Assembly: GCA_964035545.1 (NCBI GenBank)
Contig: OZ037770.1
Coordinates: 9,182,973-9,246,972 of the forward strand
Direction: 5' to 3'
Length of the DNA: 64,000 bases
Source of the DNA: Bugula neritina
Taxonomy: Eukaryota; Animalia; Bryozoa
This document shows positions 41,701 through 54,745 of this stretch, in pieces; the stretch's first letter is position 1, and every line of letters begins with the position of its first letter. The notes beneath the pieces are model-generated. The model was not told where the DNA came from, ran no database searches, and was given only the letters and a program-made list of their open reading frames with translations. Made by a program: the position numbers and the translations under genes.

Positions 41701-43472
41701 CGGTGGTTTTTATTCTTGTTGTACACTTCAGAAGTGAAATGGTCATAGGTTGGCCTAGGTAGCTTATGTTCCTCGTCTAAGATGTCAAATATACCAACTC
41801 CCTTCCTCTCTATCAGCTCTGGCGGTACAAGAGAAAACAGGCTAAGTTATATACCGCCCTCATAAACTTAAAAGAGGACACACTACAAAGTCTTACCACA
41901 AGTTAAACCTACTCTTATGACAGGTTACACCTACCTATACAATCAGCATTATCTGTAAACTCAATTCTCTTCACCCCAAGGCCTTCCTTCTCATACATTT
42001 CTTGCTCCTACAAAATTCACACAGGTACAACATTGTGATTTGCCAGTCGCAACATTTTATAGCAAATGACAAAGTTAACTATAACGCAGTATAAAACAGT
42101 GCCTCGACATTCTTAGTAGAGATGATGTGTTGAAATAGGCCAAAATACTGCAAAAATGTTGAAAATCAAATTGATAGTTAATTGTTGTTAAATTTTATAC
42201 GTAATTGGAACATAAACTAACTCAAAAACTGCCCAAAATAGCCTCACATACATATCAACACCACCACTCTTTAATTTACAATACATTTCCTATAAAATGA
42301 TATTGAATATGTTAAATAGTATAAGCCGTTAGCTATTGACTTGTGGAATTATCTCTCAGTGTGGGAACAACTCCAAAATAATCTACTACTTAGTTAAGAA
42401 TTTGAAATAATACAGGGTAGAATGAAAACATAGGTATTAAGTAAAGTGTATAGAGAGAGAGGGTATAGAAAGTAAAACCAAACAGGACAGAGGGGAGATA
42501 GGCGAGATGAGGATATAGAAAATAGAGAGAGTATAGATAGTATATAGAGAGTATATAGAGAGTGTATATAGAGAGTATACAGAGTGTATATAGAGTGTGT
42601 ATAGAGTATATAGAGAGTATATAGAGAGTATACAGAGTGTATACACAGAGTATATAGAGAATGCATAGACTATAGAGAGAGTATATAGAGAGTATACAGA
42701 GTGTGTATAGAGAGTATATAGAGAGTATATAGAGTGTGTATAGAAAATGTAAGCTAAAAAAACTAACCTCTTTCAAGATTCTCTGATTGAAGAACTGCTG
42801 TAACTTCTCATTGCAGTAGTTGATACAGAACTGCTCAAAACTATTGTGCTGAAAGTACTCAAAGCCGGCTATATCCAAGATACCTGCAAGTAAGAAACAG
42901 TAACTACAAGGTAGGCACACATCTATGTCTCCTAAGTGTATCTGGTAGCACCATATGACAGCCAGAGTCTAAACCGCAGCTCCAGTGTAAATATACCATT
43001 TAGAATGTGTGGAAACTTACCAATAAAATTTTTGGAGCTTGAGAATGGCAGGGCTTGGTTGATCCTGGAGACGATGTGGTCAAACACATGACTGTACACT
43101 GACTTAGCTAGAGCATCTCTTGCGGACGCAGCTTCTCCGGTCTTGAGGGGAACCCTGGAGAACACAATAGTAGTGGTATTATTTTTATTATTAGTAGTAG
43201 TAGTAGTAATAGTAGTAGCAGGAGTAACAGTATTAGTAGTAGTAGTAGTAGTAATAATAGTAGTAATAATAACAGTATTAGTAGTAGTAGCAGTAGTAGC
43301 AGTAGTAGCAGTAGTAATAGTAGTAGTAGTACTAGTAGTAGTAGTAGTAGTAGTACTAGTAGTAGTAATACTAGTAGTAGTAGTAGTAGTAGTAGTAGTA
43401 GCAGTAGTAGAGTACTAGTAGTAGTAGTAGTAGCAGTAGTAGAGTACTAGTAGTAGTAGTAGTAGTAGTAGC

Positions 43473-43525
<53 letters not shown>

Positions 43526-46500
43526 AGTACTACTAGCAGTAGTAATCTCACATGATTGCTGTCCCCTTCACTCCACTTCTGGTTGCCTGCATAACTCTAC
43601 TGGTTAGAGCCTGCTTCAAGTCATCTTTATTTAATTCAAACAGCGTGGCAGCGTCAGACAGGCTTCTTTGAGAGGCAGCAGTAACATCACAGCCACCTGG
43701 AGACAGCGTAGATATTTTGTATAGGAAAGGACTGCATACAGTTTGAGAAACTTATGCTGACTTACTTGACAGATCTCAACACAGGCAGCGATATGATGAT
43801 GTAATACAGAAGGCTGTAGATGTCAGAGATATATGTTACCATATGAGTAGACTAAGTCCCAAGTCATGTTAATAAAAAACTCAAGCAATTTTATAGTCAC
43901 TATCCTTGTGAGAAACCCCTGATAGAAAAAGGTTTTAAAATCAAGTTAAGCACTTATTCACATGTGACACAAGAGCAATTATGACTGGATGCTCTTCCTA
44001 ACATCACCAATGACCTTTGTCAGGGCTCGAACCCATGACTTCTTCGTGTTTACTTAGTCAACGCTCTGACCCCTATACTACAGCTGATTCCCTCAAGTCA
44101 TTTTAATACCTTTAAGATATATACTCATAATCTGATGACATCATCTCACATATTGATGACATCATCTCACATACTGATGACATCATCTCACATACTAATG
44201 ACATTATATAACCCTATAGGAAGTAGAAATGACAAGTTCATTATTAAAGATAACTATACTGTGGGAGTCACTCACTCTTCACTAAGAGAAAATAATTACA
44301 TTGGATTGAAGTTCATAAAAGATTGACACCATGACAGTTTCAATGCACCAAGAGACAAGTTACTATACTTCAAGATATAGTATGAGAGGTAATCAATGCC
44401 TCCCGTGCCGAATAGAAATGTAGAAAAGGGCTAGCAACGACTACTGTAACTGCTAATTTACCAGTTTTGCTGCTTCCTATTACATAGACAAGAAATTAAT
44501 GAATGTATTTTTATTATGTTGCTAGCTGGAAATATAATTATATACTCGACTTTAGATTCATCTACAAATTAATTTAATTATAAGCTACATATATAATGAT
44601 GTTTTTAGTGATATAGATGAAATGTATGCAAAGGGTACTATACGAGCAATATTTCTACACATCACCCTGACACATTAAATTCGTAAAGGGCAAAACACCA
44701 GCCTATTAGCAACTAACAGGAAATGCATATATTTACCTTTTTTGTCTTCTACATCGTCCTCAAAGGCAATATTCCCGAGATGAAGAACCCCGGCTATGAT
44801 GGCAAAGATGGCCATCTTCTCATTATCTGTTATACCCATGTGGTCCATGGCCGCCCAGGTACGCTGGAAGTCCTTCACGTCGTCTCTGTTTATATCATGC
44901 AGAGGGCCTTGCTGCAGCATCTACATGCACAGAGAAGATAACTTCTAGTTATACCATCCAAATGACTTATAGATATCATTCTAGTATCCCAGAGTGTACT
45001 TGCCTAATTTAGAGAATGTTCTACACCAACTAGAGTGGCTCAAGAAAATAAAGTTATTTAGAGTTTAGACTGTGACTACACTTTTCAACTACATATAGAT
45101 ATGCCTCCCACAACTTCCAAGACTTAATCACTTCACTCAGGCTAATTTAACTTGAAGTGATACACACACATTATGTGGCATAAATATCTGCCAGCTCAAG
45201 AGCTATTTATGTTCTTAGAACTCTGCAATGGTTGAGCCAAGAACCAGTGTAACGTCTGAGAGTTCGGTTAGACAGGCGTTAGTTAGTGAGAGATACCCAC
45301 CGCTTTGCTCATTCGAGACTTATCGACACTGTTGCCCTTAGACAGGAAGTATTTGGTACAGCCTCTGTTCAGGAAATGGAACTGGTCTGGGGGCAGTAGA
45401 CGTAGCTGTTTCTGTACCTCAGGCGGAGCACCACCACACAGCTGGTAGAATATGTGGTAGTTCCTCTCCTCATTGCTCTGAACACAGACGCGAGACTTCT
45501 CCAGTAGGTAGTGAGATATGTAGCCTAGTGATAGCAGAAACCATTGTGCATAGTCCGAGGAAACGGTCACAGCATATGTACAAAGAGAGTTTAGACAACT
45601 CCTAAAACTCGACACAAATAGAATTTGAATTGAACTTTAGATTGTCAACAAATGCCAAGGAAAGGAGAGTTTTTAAGGCGGGCTAAGGGCCTATATTATT
45701 CATATGTGGCACAGGAGCAATTATGATTGGATAAGTTTCTAATGACCTTCACTTGGGTTCGCACCCATGACTTAGTGTTTACTAAGCAAACACTCTAACC
45801 CCCAGACTACTGCTGCTTCCTTTGTTATCAAATGCAAATCCTTTTCCAAAAACTAAATCTGCAAGACTTTCAGCTCTTACTTACGTCTAAAGAATAAAAA
45901 TAGTAATAATATTTCTTACCTCCACAAACTAAGTTTTTGGCATCAAAATGTATCTCCACAAATTTCCCGAACCTACTACTGTTATTATTCCTCACAGTCT
46001 TTGCATTACCAAAGGCTTCCATCAGGGGGTTAGCTGAGAATATCAAACACATATCCATCAGTTACATATTAGATTGATGCAGAGAGCACCTGTTCGACTC
46101 ATTCTATGAATAATTTGCATCGCAAAACTTTAGATAAATAGAAAAACTTGGGCTATAGTATGATTATTCTACGTTATAACGGAGTATAGGTAAAGTGTAG
46201 CCTCTAAGACACTAATCCCAAGAGTATGACATAACTCAACCCAATTCCCTCCACAGGGGAGGGAATTGGTAGCAGCATAAATATCTCCATACATGTATAC
46301 TGCTAACTGTGTCCCCTATGGGGACACCAGGAGCAATTCAATAGTAGGTATTGGTGGGTAAAACAGGCAGACAATGCTTGTTATATTTATATATTATATT
46401 TATTTTTATTTCGATCTTCATTTTATAAAACTTCACAGCATGTGAAATATCTTTCTTATATAACTAGGTAGTGTATTTGTGACGGAAAATTGGCATTTAT

Positions 46501-49500
46501 CTAAACGGATGAAACGTCCTTAGCATGTAACACAAGAACTCCTACACTTAATATTCTCTATTTGTATGACAGAATAATGTGTAAGTAAAGAAAAGTTAAA
46601 GAAGATCACATTACATATATATCATTACACAGTAGCTATGGTATGCATAGTACTTGTGTGACGTGTATAATATATAAGTATATGATATATTAACAGTAAT
46701 ATGATATGTAAGTATTGACCTTTAATATCAACAATTGTGTGTAATATGCACCGTGATCTGTTTTACAGCTACATATTTACATTGCAACACACACTACACT
46801 CACACAGCAACATGCACTACACTTACACACTCACATACCTACACACAGTTGAATACACTTATACAGCTAACATACATTACACATTTACACCGCTACACAC
46901 ACTATAATACTAACACTGCCTGATACGGTCCTCTATGCTACCAGCCGACGTGCCCCAACTCTCTGTAAGATATCTCAGAATGTATTTCGTTGACTCGGTT
47001 TTCCCGGCTCCAGATTCTCCGGACACGATAATAGCCTGACTCTGTTTGGTGTGGAGCATGTCCCTGTATGCCTTGTCACCTGTAAACAGTAGTCAGTGCA
47101 CAGAAGTAGAGCACAGGGTGGGGTGAAAAACCCCCTTTAAATACTATCAAAATTTTCTCAGATATAGGGCTATGAATTTAAATTAGAAGTGAAACTTGTC
47201 AATAATATGCCACTGTCTATTTCACTCACTTTGGTAAGCAACTCAACAAGAGAATGATAACATTTTCTGCTAAGAATAAAAGTATCATTATACATTAGCT
47301 AGTTACTTTATACACAATATTGTAGCAGAGCATGTCTGTTCTAGTAACGGTTTGTAATTGAGTCACAGCTGAGTGTTGGGCAAAATAAAGAAAAATTATT
47401 CAAAAACCAAAAACTAAATTAGAGTCACAAAGTGCTTCAAGAGGCTCATATACAATACTAAGTATTTATATATAATACTGAATATTTATATACAATACTG
47501 AGTATTCATATATAATACTAAGTATTTATATATAATACTGAATATTTATATATAATACTGAATATTTATATACAATACTGAGTATTTATATATAATACCA
47601 AGTATTTATATATAATACTAAGTATTTATATATAATACTGAGTATTTATATATAATACTGAATATTTATATATAATACTGAATATTTATATATAATACTG
47701 AGTATTTATATATAATACAAAGTATTTATATATAATACTAAGTTTAATAAAAACTAACCGATTGCAAAGACATGTGGAGGCATTGTGCCCAGAGATTTGC
47801 CATTATAAGATTTGATGGAATCTGTATCGTAGAGTTTGGGAATATCACAATATGGGTTAACGGCTATCAGAATGTTGGCTACATACGTCTGTAATATATA
47901 GTAATATATCATACATACGTCTGTAATATATAGTAATATATAATATATACGTCTGTAATATATAGTAATATATCATACATACGTCTGTAATATATAGTAA
48001 TATATAATATATACGTCTGTAATATATAATAATACATCATATATACGTCTGTAATATATAGTAATATATCATACATACGTCTGTAATATATAGTAATATA
48101 TCATATATACGTCTGTAATATATAGCAATATATCATATATACGTCTGTAATATATAGTAATATATCCTATATACGTCTGTAATATATAGTAATATATCAT
48201 ACATACGTCTGTAATATATAGCAATATATCATATATACGTCTGTAATATAATATAGTAATAGACCATATATATGTCTGTAACATATAGTTGTATATCATA
48301 CATACGTCTGTGATATATAGTAATATATCATATACGCCTGTGATATATAGTAATATATCATATATATGCCTAAAACATTAGTAATAATATAACACTCTCT
48401 CTGCGTCTAACTAAGCTGCATGTCCAGAAACAACAATTCATGACACATTAGAATACTATATTTAACTCACGGATCTGTTAAATTTGGTGATTTTGTACCT
48501 ATAAACACCTACACAAGCCACAAAACAGAGTTCAACCCCATGGAATTTTGTGAGAAATGGAACCATGAGATATGGAGGGAGCACTATATATTATATATGT
48601 ATATAACTATTATAAAATATATGAATATATCTGAACAGGGCGGTGTTATGTTATACATATACTTCTACAAGATACAACCTGTATTCTACAGGTTGTATAA
48701 CTAGCACAGCCTCAACTAAATATACTGGACAGTTCAACCTACTTACATATATTTTGTTCTTGAGATATCTTTGCTTGACGTTATGCAGTAAAGTAGCTTC
48801 ATTCAAGTACATCAAAGCACCTATACAAACAATAGTCACACATCTGTACAGATATATTAGATAGTAAAGTACAGTACTTATGTTATCTAGACTACTAGTG
48901 TAACATGTTACAGTGACCAGTACATGCACATTTCTAGAGGAACTAATGAAACGAATTACTAGAGTATTTACTTATATTACTTTACTGATAGTAGAAGATA
49001 AAAACCAATCTCAGTATGACTATTTATTCAAAATAATATAATATAATAATACAATATATACTAATAATATAATATAATATTATAACATATAACATTGTAA
49101 CAGTCTGTGATATGCAATAAATCAATCAATAATATAACATAATATTACATAATGATATTTATAAGCTAATATAGTGACATAATATAGCAACATAATAGTA
49201 ATAAACTATGATAGTCTACTATAATAATATAATACAACAATATAAAAGCACAATAATTATACATGTACATTAGATATATTGATGTCATCAAATCACCAGC
49301 TTAAGAACAATTGATTTACATACTAGAAGATGGTGGATGATAAAAAGGTTTTATAACAGAATGAAAGCTATATATAGCACGTGACTCACTACAACCACAC
49401 TCTGCGGCAGCCTAACAGTTATTAGGCAGCATAATATCAACTATTAATACAAACTGTATAACTATCACTTCATTTTTAGGGTTTTGCCAAAAATAAAGTT

Positions 49501-51751
49501 GCCCTTTTGGCACAGTTTTATCCCCATTTAAAAAATAAATATGATCCCCTGTGGGGGTACGTTGAATAGTTGTGCTCAGAGTACAGCTAAAATGTATAGT
49601 CATATATTTGCTGGACATAATAATTAGATAGATTAGTTAGGCAAGGTCAATGTACCATGGAAGTTTAATGAAACAATAGGTGGGAGTAGAGATTTAGATA
49701 AACCATAAAGCCGGTACATAAACCCTACACTGGAGATAAGGCAGGTAATAATTAGGTAGATAGTAGCATAGTTATTGCGCATGCATATTGAGTTTTTAAA
49801 CACATGATTTCAAGTCTTTCCGAAATACTTATTGCATAATCATATGCCCAGTTTAGCATATCACATACCAGCTGTCATGTACAGCACAACTGAGTCATGT
49901 AAACTGTTTACAAAGAGTCAAAACTCTTCTAATGCATGCAGGTAAATCCATGGAGACTAACTCAGGCCACTAGTGTATGTTACCAGCATACTAACTATAA
50001 ATAAATATTCTATTAATAGACATAATATATCCTCAGTATACAAATACTGTCATCATTGTGAGAATATTCCTGTCCTTTAGACAACACGGGTTTAATGAAT
50101 AGTATTTATACTAACACTAATATGGGGAATATAAATACAGGGTAGCAATATTAGCATGAGATCTGACAGTACATGTAGCCTAAGATTCATACTCACAATT
50201 ATCATCTACATCTTTGTCCTGCTCTTCAGATGGAAACACTCTGTCGTGGGGACAAGTCACAGGCTACAAAAGTTAGCAACAATCAGCTGAGAGACGCCAA
50301 TCATACGTGACCGGCAAAACTTAGAATATACCCCAGACGTTCTAACTGCCCTCCAAGTACCCTCAATATATTCTGACTCCAATACCAAACTGTTAATTCA
50401 ATATATATTTCAGGTAAATCTTTGTCAAGCTCCTTAGAATCATGAGACATTTTTGTTTAAATGAGCTTTAAGAAACAATTTGTTAATGGCTGTATGAAAA
50501 TGGTACAATTTCTGCATGGAGCCTAGCAATCTAGGCACACGTAACCAGTGGGTCTTAAATACTATCGGTACCGCTTAGTACTATTGGTACCAGAAGCCAT
50601 TAGTACCAGTGGTCTGTAGTACCATTAGTACCACTGATATTTAGTACCACAGGTCTGTAGTACCAGTGATATTTAGTACTATAAGTACCACTGGTCTTTA
50701 GTACCACTGGTCTTTAGTACCATTAGTACCAGTGGTCTGTCGTACCACTGGTCTGTCGTACCACTGGTCTGTCGTACCACAGGTCTGTAGTACCACTGGC
50801 CTGTAGTACCACTAGTCTTTAGTACCACTGGTCTGTAGTACCACTGGTCTGCAGTACCACAGGTACCCATAACACTATTGATTGTCTACCTACACCTAAT
50901 TAAATGCTGATAAGAATCTAAGCAACAGAAATTTCTCATTATCATCAGGTGCTAACTAACTAATAGGAAGGGAGAGAACAAGCTTCTAATCAATGTAGTA
51001 TGTATTCTACTCTATGCTTGTGAACAAAATAAAGGAAATCTACCTCCATGACAAATTAATTAATAATAAGGGAAACAGTTTAGGTAAACCATATTATTAT
51101 GTCTTAAAAAAAGGACACAAATTGCTTCCCAATAACAAAAATTCAATTATTGTTTACAGTTAGTTTGATTCAATAGCTTTCTGCTGAGTCATCAATGCAG
51201 GTTTCTGTTGAATTGAGAAAAAGGAATCAATTTGAGTCACTATCTAGCCAATGACGAAATGGAGAGTCAAAACAACATAAGCTCTATTCAAATTTTAAAC
51301 CAGGTACAAAATAAATGGATAATACATTTATTTAGCTACTGTTATATTTTAGTCTATAAAATAAAAATGTAACACTTGTACCAATTATTTAAAACATAGT
51401 TGAAGCTAATTTGGGAGCAGTAGTGGAGAAATTGAGATAACCCGAGTCCCTTAAATTTCTTTATGAATTTTAGTTTGGGGAGTGGGTTGAAATTCCTGTG
51501 AGAACATAATTTCTTTTGCTACTTTTTTAATCTAGGACACAGGCTTTTCTCAATTTCTCCTTTACTGCATCTCTATCTTAAAGCTCGGATACCAACTTTC
51601 CAAAAGTTTCCGTTAGCTGACTCACCTGACCACCAGAGAGAGGCTGTACCGAGAAAGTGCTACTCCCCAGATCCACAATCTTGCCGAGGGCAAACCCTGA
51701 CACGGAACAGGGGTACCACATTACTCGGTTATCAAAGGCAAGGGACGCCAT
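32661..51751 (-). CDS. MYO6: Unconventional myosin VI, about 26 coding exons
   Basis: N-terminus [15 protein letters not shown]..., [13 protein letters not shown]-loop [10 protein letters not shown] (about 47.0 kb), [66 protein letters not shown], charged SAH exons, [28 protein letters not shown] (RRL), [15 protein letters not shown] (WWY), [13 protein letters not shown]; stop TGA 32663-32661. Confidence 0.96.
32948..33088. mobile_element. MITE family A copy
   Basis: GTGCAGTAGTGGAGAAATTGAGACAAGCCTGTGTTCTAGATT...TTTTCCACTGCTG. Confidence 0.6.
34395..35358 (-). repeat. 44-bp minisatellite (88-bp A/B dimer), about 21 units, containing the myosin VI exon end and 5' splice site
   Basis: Minus-strand unit gtgagt(c/t)atagtct(t/c)t(a/c)tagATGTCAT(T/A)GGTAACACTTC(A/C)TG(T/C)G; period of 44 measured at 34561/34605/34649. 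Confidence 0.95.
38405..38805. repeat. (TAC/CAC/TGC)n trinucleotide microsatellite, intronic
   Basis: Direct reading. Confidence 0.95.
39800..40465. repeat. 15-bp minisatellite (TGGTGGTATGTAGTG)n
   Basis: Direct reading; source of spurious TTLHT/HYIPP/VVVCS ORFs. Confidence 0.95.
42510..42745. repeat. 11-bp-based (TATAGAGAGTA) degenerate repeat
   Basis: Direct reading. Confidence 0.85.
43168..43545. repeat. (TAG)n microsatellite filling a myosin intron
   Basis: Direct reading. Confidence 0.95.
43878..44092 (-). mobile_element. tRNA-derived SINE, same family
   Basis: Reverse-complement match (CTCGAACCCATGAC; GAGCAATTATGACTGGATGCTCTTCCTAACATCACC). Confidence 0.8.
45668..45820 (-). mobile_element. 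tRNA-derived SINE, partial copy
   Basis: GGAGCAATTATGATTGGAT...CGCACCCATGACTTAGTGTTTACTAAGCAAACACTCTAACCCC. Confidence 0.7.
47448..47743. repeat. 20-bp minisatellite (TATAATACTGAGTATTTATA)n, about 15 units
   Basis: Direct reading; period of 20 visible across lines. Confidence 0.95.
47881..48365 (-). repeat. 32-bp minisatellite, about 15 units, spanning a myosin VI 3' splice site
   Basis: Unit CATACGTCTGTAATATATAGTAATATATCATA, on the minus strand tattacag|ACGTATG; the true acceptor is at 47890-47889. Confidence 0.92.
48392..48586. mobile_element. MITE family B, degenerate copy
   Basis: Right end TGAGATATGGAGGGAGCACTA and interior similar to 63027-63235. Confidence 0.6.
50560..50866. repeat. 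17-bp minisatellite (GTACCACTGGTCTGTA-type)
   Basis: Direct reading. Confidence 0.88.
51415..51572. mobile_element. MITE family A copy (opposite orientation)
   Basis: GCAGTAGTGGAGAAATTGAGA...TCTCAATTTCTCCTTTACTGC inverted ends. Confidence 0.7.
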
Positions 51752-53366
51752 CTTTAGCTTGAGTTTCAGAGACAGAGTAGAGTAAGGAGACACAGAAATC
51801 ACCCCCCTAATATGAGTAATGAGCAAAGCATGCAGCCAGAGTCTACAAAGAAATATAATAAAATCAAGACCTGTAACAATACTACACATGGGATATTTGT
51901 ATTGTAAACTTCCCAACAAGAGTTAGTGAAAATAATGTTACGGATTTTGTTTAAGAACTATTTTAGGAAGCAAGTCTAGATTGAATGCCAGCATATATGT
52001 CAAAACAGCTATAGCGTCATCTGTGACAATACTGCAGTACTATTAAAATTGTAACTGCCAAACACAACTAGTAGCAACATAATGACTTTAATTAAAACTA
52101 TTGCTTAATTAGTGAATTACTTCAAATAAGTCAGTTTTAAGAGTAATTCAATTTAATTTGTTGATTAACTGAAATTTTTTCTGCAACTAGAATGTTTGAT
52201 TGGAACAAAGAATTTCAACACAAACAAATCTCATGCAAACATTAGATTAATGACTAAAATCACCTAATGCACATTAAAATAATGTTTATCATGGATATTC
52301 TAATCTCATACTTTTGAAGAAGATTATTCTTAACTTCTAAAATCTAAACTAAACTAAATTCAGAGAAACATATTTAAAACTTTTATCATAAGTTATACTC
52401 AACGTTTTGTAGATTCAAGCTAGTCAGGTATTTGAGTTGTAAACATTAGCATTGTGATTATGGTTAGATTAATTGGTGATAAGAAAAAGCTATACTTATG
52501 ATGAATAGCAATATTGCTAGAAATACACATAGTCAGAGCTACTGAATTTTACTTATAATAAACCCTAAAGTTACACTCGATTATTGTTACAGTTTAACTT
52601 TTCTGTTACACAGTCATATGACAATCACTATGAGTAAGTAAAGTACTGACTTCACACAAGTGATGTAAGTGATAGTAACAATGAAGATTATAATGTTCGA
52701 TTTTATACTGTATCTACTAGAAGAGTAACTGCAGCAATAAAAGGAAGTTTTTTCTTCAGTTGTGCTTCATTTGTATTCACAGTATTATCATGGCTAATAA
52801 CAACTGAGTAGCAATAATGTGATTGGGTTATAGTTGTCAGTAAATCATAGTTACAAGTTAGTCATTAAGAGCAACCTAAAATAAACTTTTACAATCGACT
52901 AGACCACAAATTATGTAGTCAAAATAAAAGAGTAACCTTGGCTCAGAGTGAGTAAAGCAACTGCTAACATTAGCTTTGCTGAGTTAGTAAAAGAAATACA
53001 AACATCTCACTTATGCTGATAGCATTAGCTACAGTTACTGACTTCGAGAGTAAGAGTGAATAGCTGAATGTATACAGAGTCACTGTGGATGAGAGTGACA
53101 GCCACAGCGTGTGATACATAGGATAATTGCTATGTTTGTTATTAATCTGTTAAGACTTAGAGTTCGACTTCGCAAGACTAAGAAGATAGTACTACTACTA
53201 TTAGTACCTGTACTTATTTCTAGTTACTGCTAAACTTAATGTTAGTAGTACTAGTAGTAGTAGCACTAACTCTGGTAAGTAGTATCAGTAGTATACATTT
53301 TGATTCAGTATACCTTTACTAAAACTATAACTAGCTATTAGTATTAAATTTAATATTAATAATTTT

Positions 53367-53511
53367 TGATTTAGTCATTTACTCATTAGTGTATTAGTAA
53401 AAAGTATTATTCTCCACTCCTAGTACAAGTACTACTACTAGCAGTAGTACCTGTACTAGGAGTGGACAATAATACTTTTTACTAATACACTAATGAGTAA
53501 ATGACTAAATC

Positions 53512-53512
<1 letters not shown>
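53367..53512. repeat. Long near-perfect inverted repeat (about 68-bp arms)
   Basis: TGATTTAGTCATTTACTCATTAGTGTATTAGTAAAAAGTATTATT...AATAATACTTTTTACTAATACACTAATGAGTAAATGACTAAATCA. Confidence 0.92.
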
Positions 53513-53551
<39 letters not shown>

Positions 53552-54469
53552 CCTGTACTAGGAGTAGACGTAGTACTAGTATTTTACTTAGTCATAGTAT
53601 CATAGGTATAATGCCACTACTGACTGCGGTGACTACCAGTGCCTGTAGTACCTGTACTACTACTAGTACCAGTACTACTAATACTAGTGCTAGACCTAGT
53701 ATTGGTAGTAGTAGTAGTACTATTGGTACTGCTGCTACTAGTACTACTAGAGTACTAGGTCTAGTACTAGTAGCCGTACTACAAGTACAGGCACTGGTAC
53801 TGGTAGTACCGTTACATTATGATGATTATTGATTACTTAGTACTTACTACCAGTACTAGTACTTACAGCTACACTTAGTCTTACACTAACTTACTGTTAC
53901 TGTTAACAATACTAATACTAATAGTAAATGTAATACTAAAGTAATACATCGCTAATACTAATACTAATAGAGTAATACTAGTTAGTAATAATAATAGTAA
54001 TACCAAGTCTAATACTAATACTAATACTATAGTAATAGCTATAGTGATAGTCAGACTTCAAGATTCAACTTAAAAGTTAATTTTATAATAATAATAATAA
54101 TTATATCTATAAGTTATACTTATAATTATACTAATACTAATAATAATAGACTAATAGTAATAGTAATACTGCTAGTGCTAGAGTGTTACTGTTAAATTTA
54201 CATTTACAGTTAGACTTAGTGTTAGTGTTACACTTACAGTTACTGACTTAGAGTTACTGTTAGTGTTATACTTATAGTAATAGTTATAGTTATCCTCAGA
54301 CTGTATACTAATACTATGACTATCAGCATCACTATTACTATTAGTATTATTATTATTACTATGTCTATAGTAAAATATACTCATAATCATAATGATAATA
54401 AATACATTACTATTATGATTATTATTACATGTAATCTAATGTAATTTGAACCTCGATAAGGAAAAATGA

Positions 54470-54745
54470 AAACCAGACTTTCTTGACTGCGTATTTAGCT
54501 AAGGTTACTATAACTTTGCTTTTAAGAAACTTTCTGTTCGGATGTGGTAATCACCCACAGTATTCACAATTTAGGTATCTAGGTCTAGCCACACCTGCGT
54601 GCCTGATTAACTTTGCTGCGAGTTATTGTCGTCAAGCGTATGAACTTCTACGCATCGGTTATTGGATGTTTTATAGTTACTAGCGACTCGAAATTCTTTT
54701 GCAACACTTGCATATCCGCCTGTCAATGAGCGTGAGCTTCTAGTT
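54470..54745. promoter_or_regulatory. Candidate promoter island between divergent MYO6 and SETD4
   Basis: CpG-richer, higher-complexity patch between two low-complexity TAG/TAA tracts; both genes have an acceptor just before their ATG-bearing exon, implying upstream non-coding exons in this interval. Confidence 0.35.

Noticed and set aside
38334-43418. ORFs rich in V, Y/H, TTLHT or YTL
   Set aside because: Translations of intronic micro- and minisatellites.
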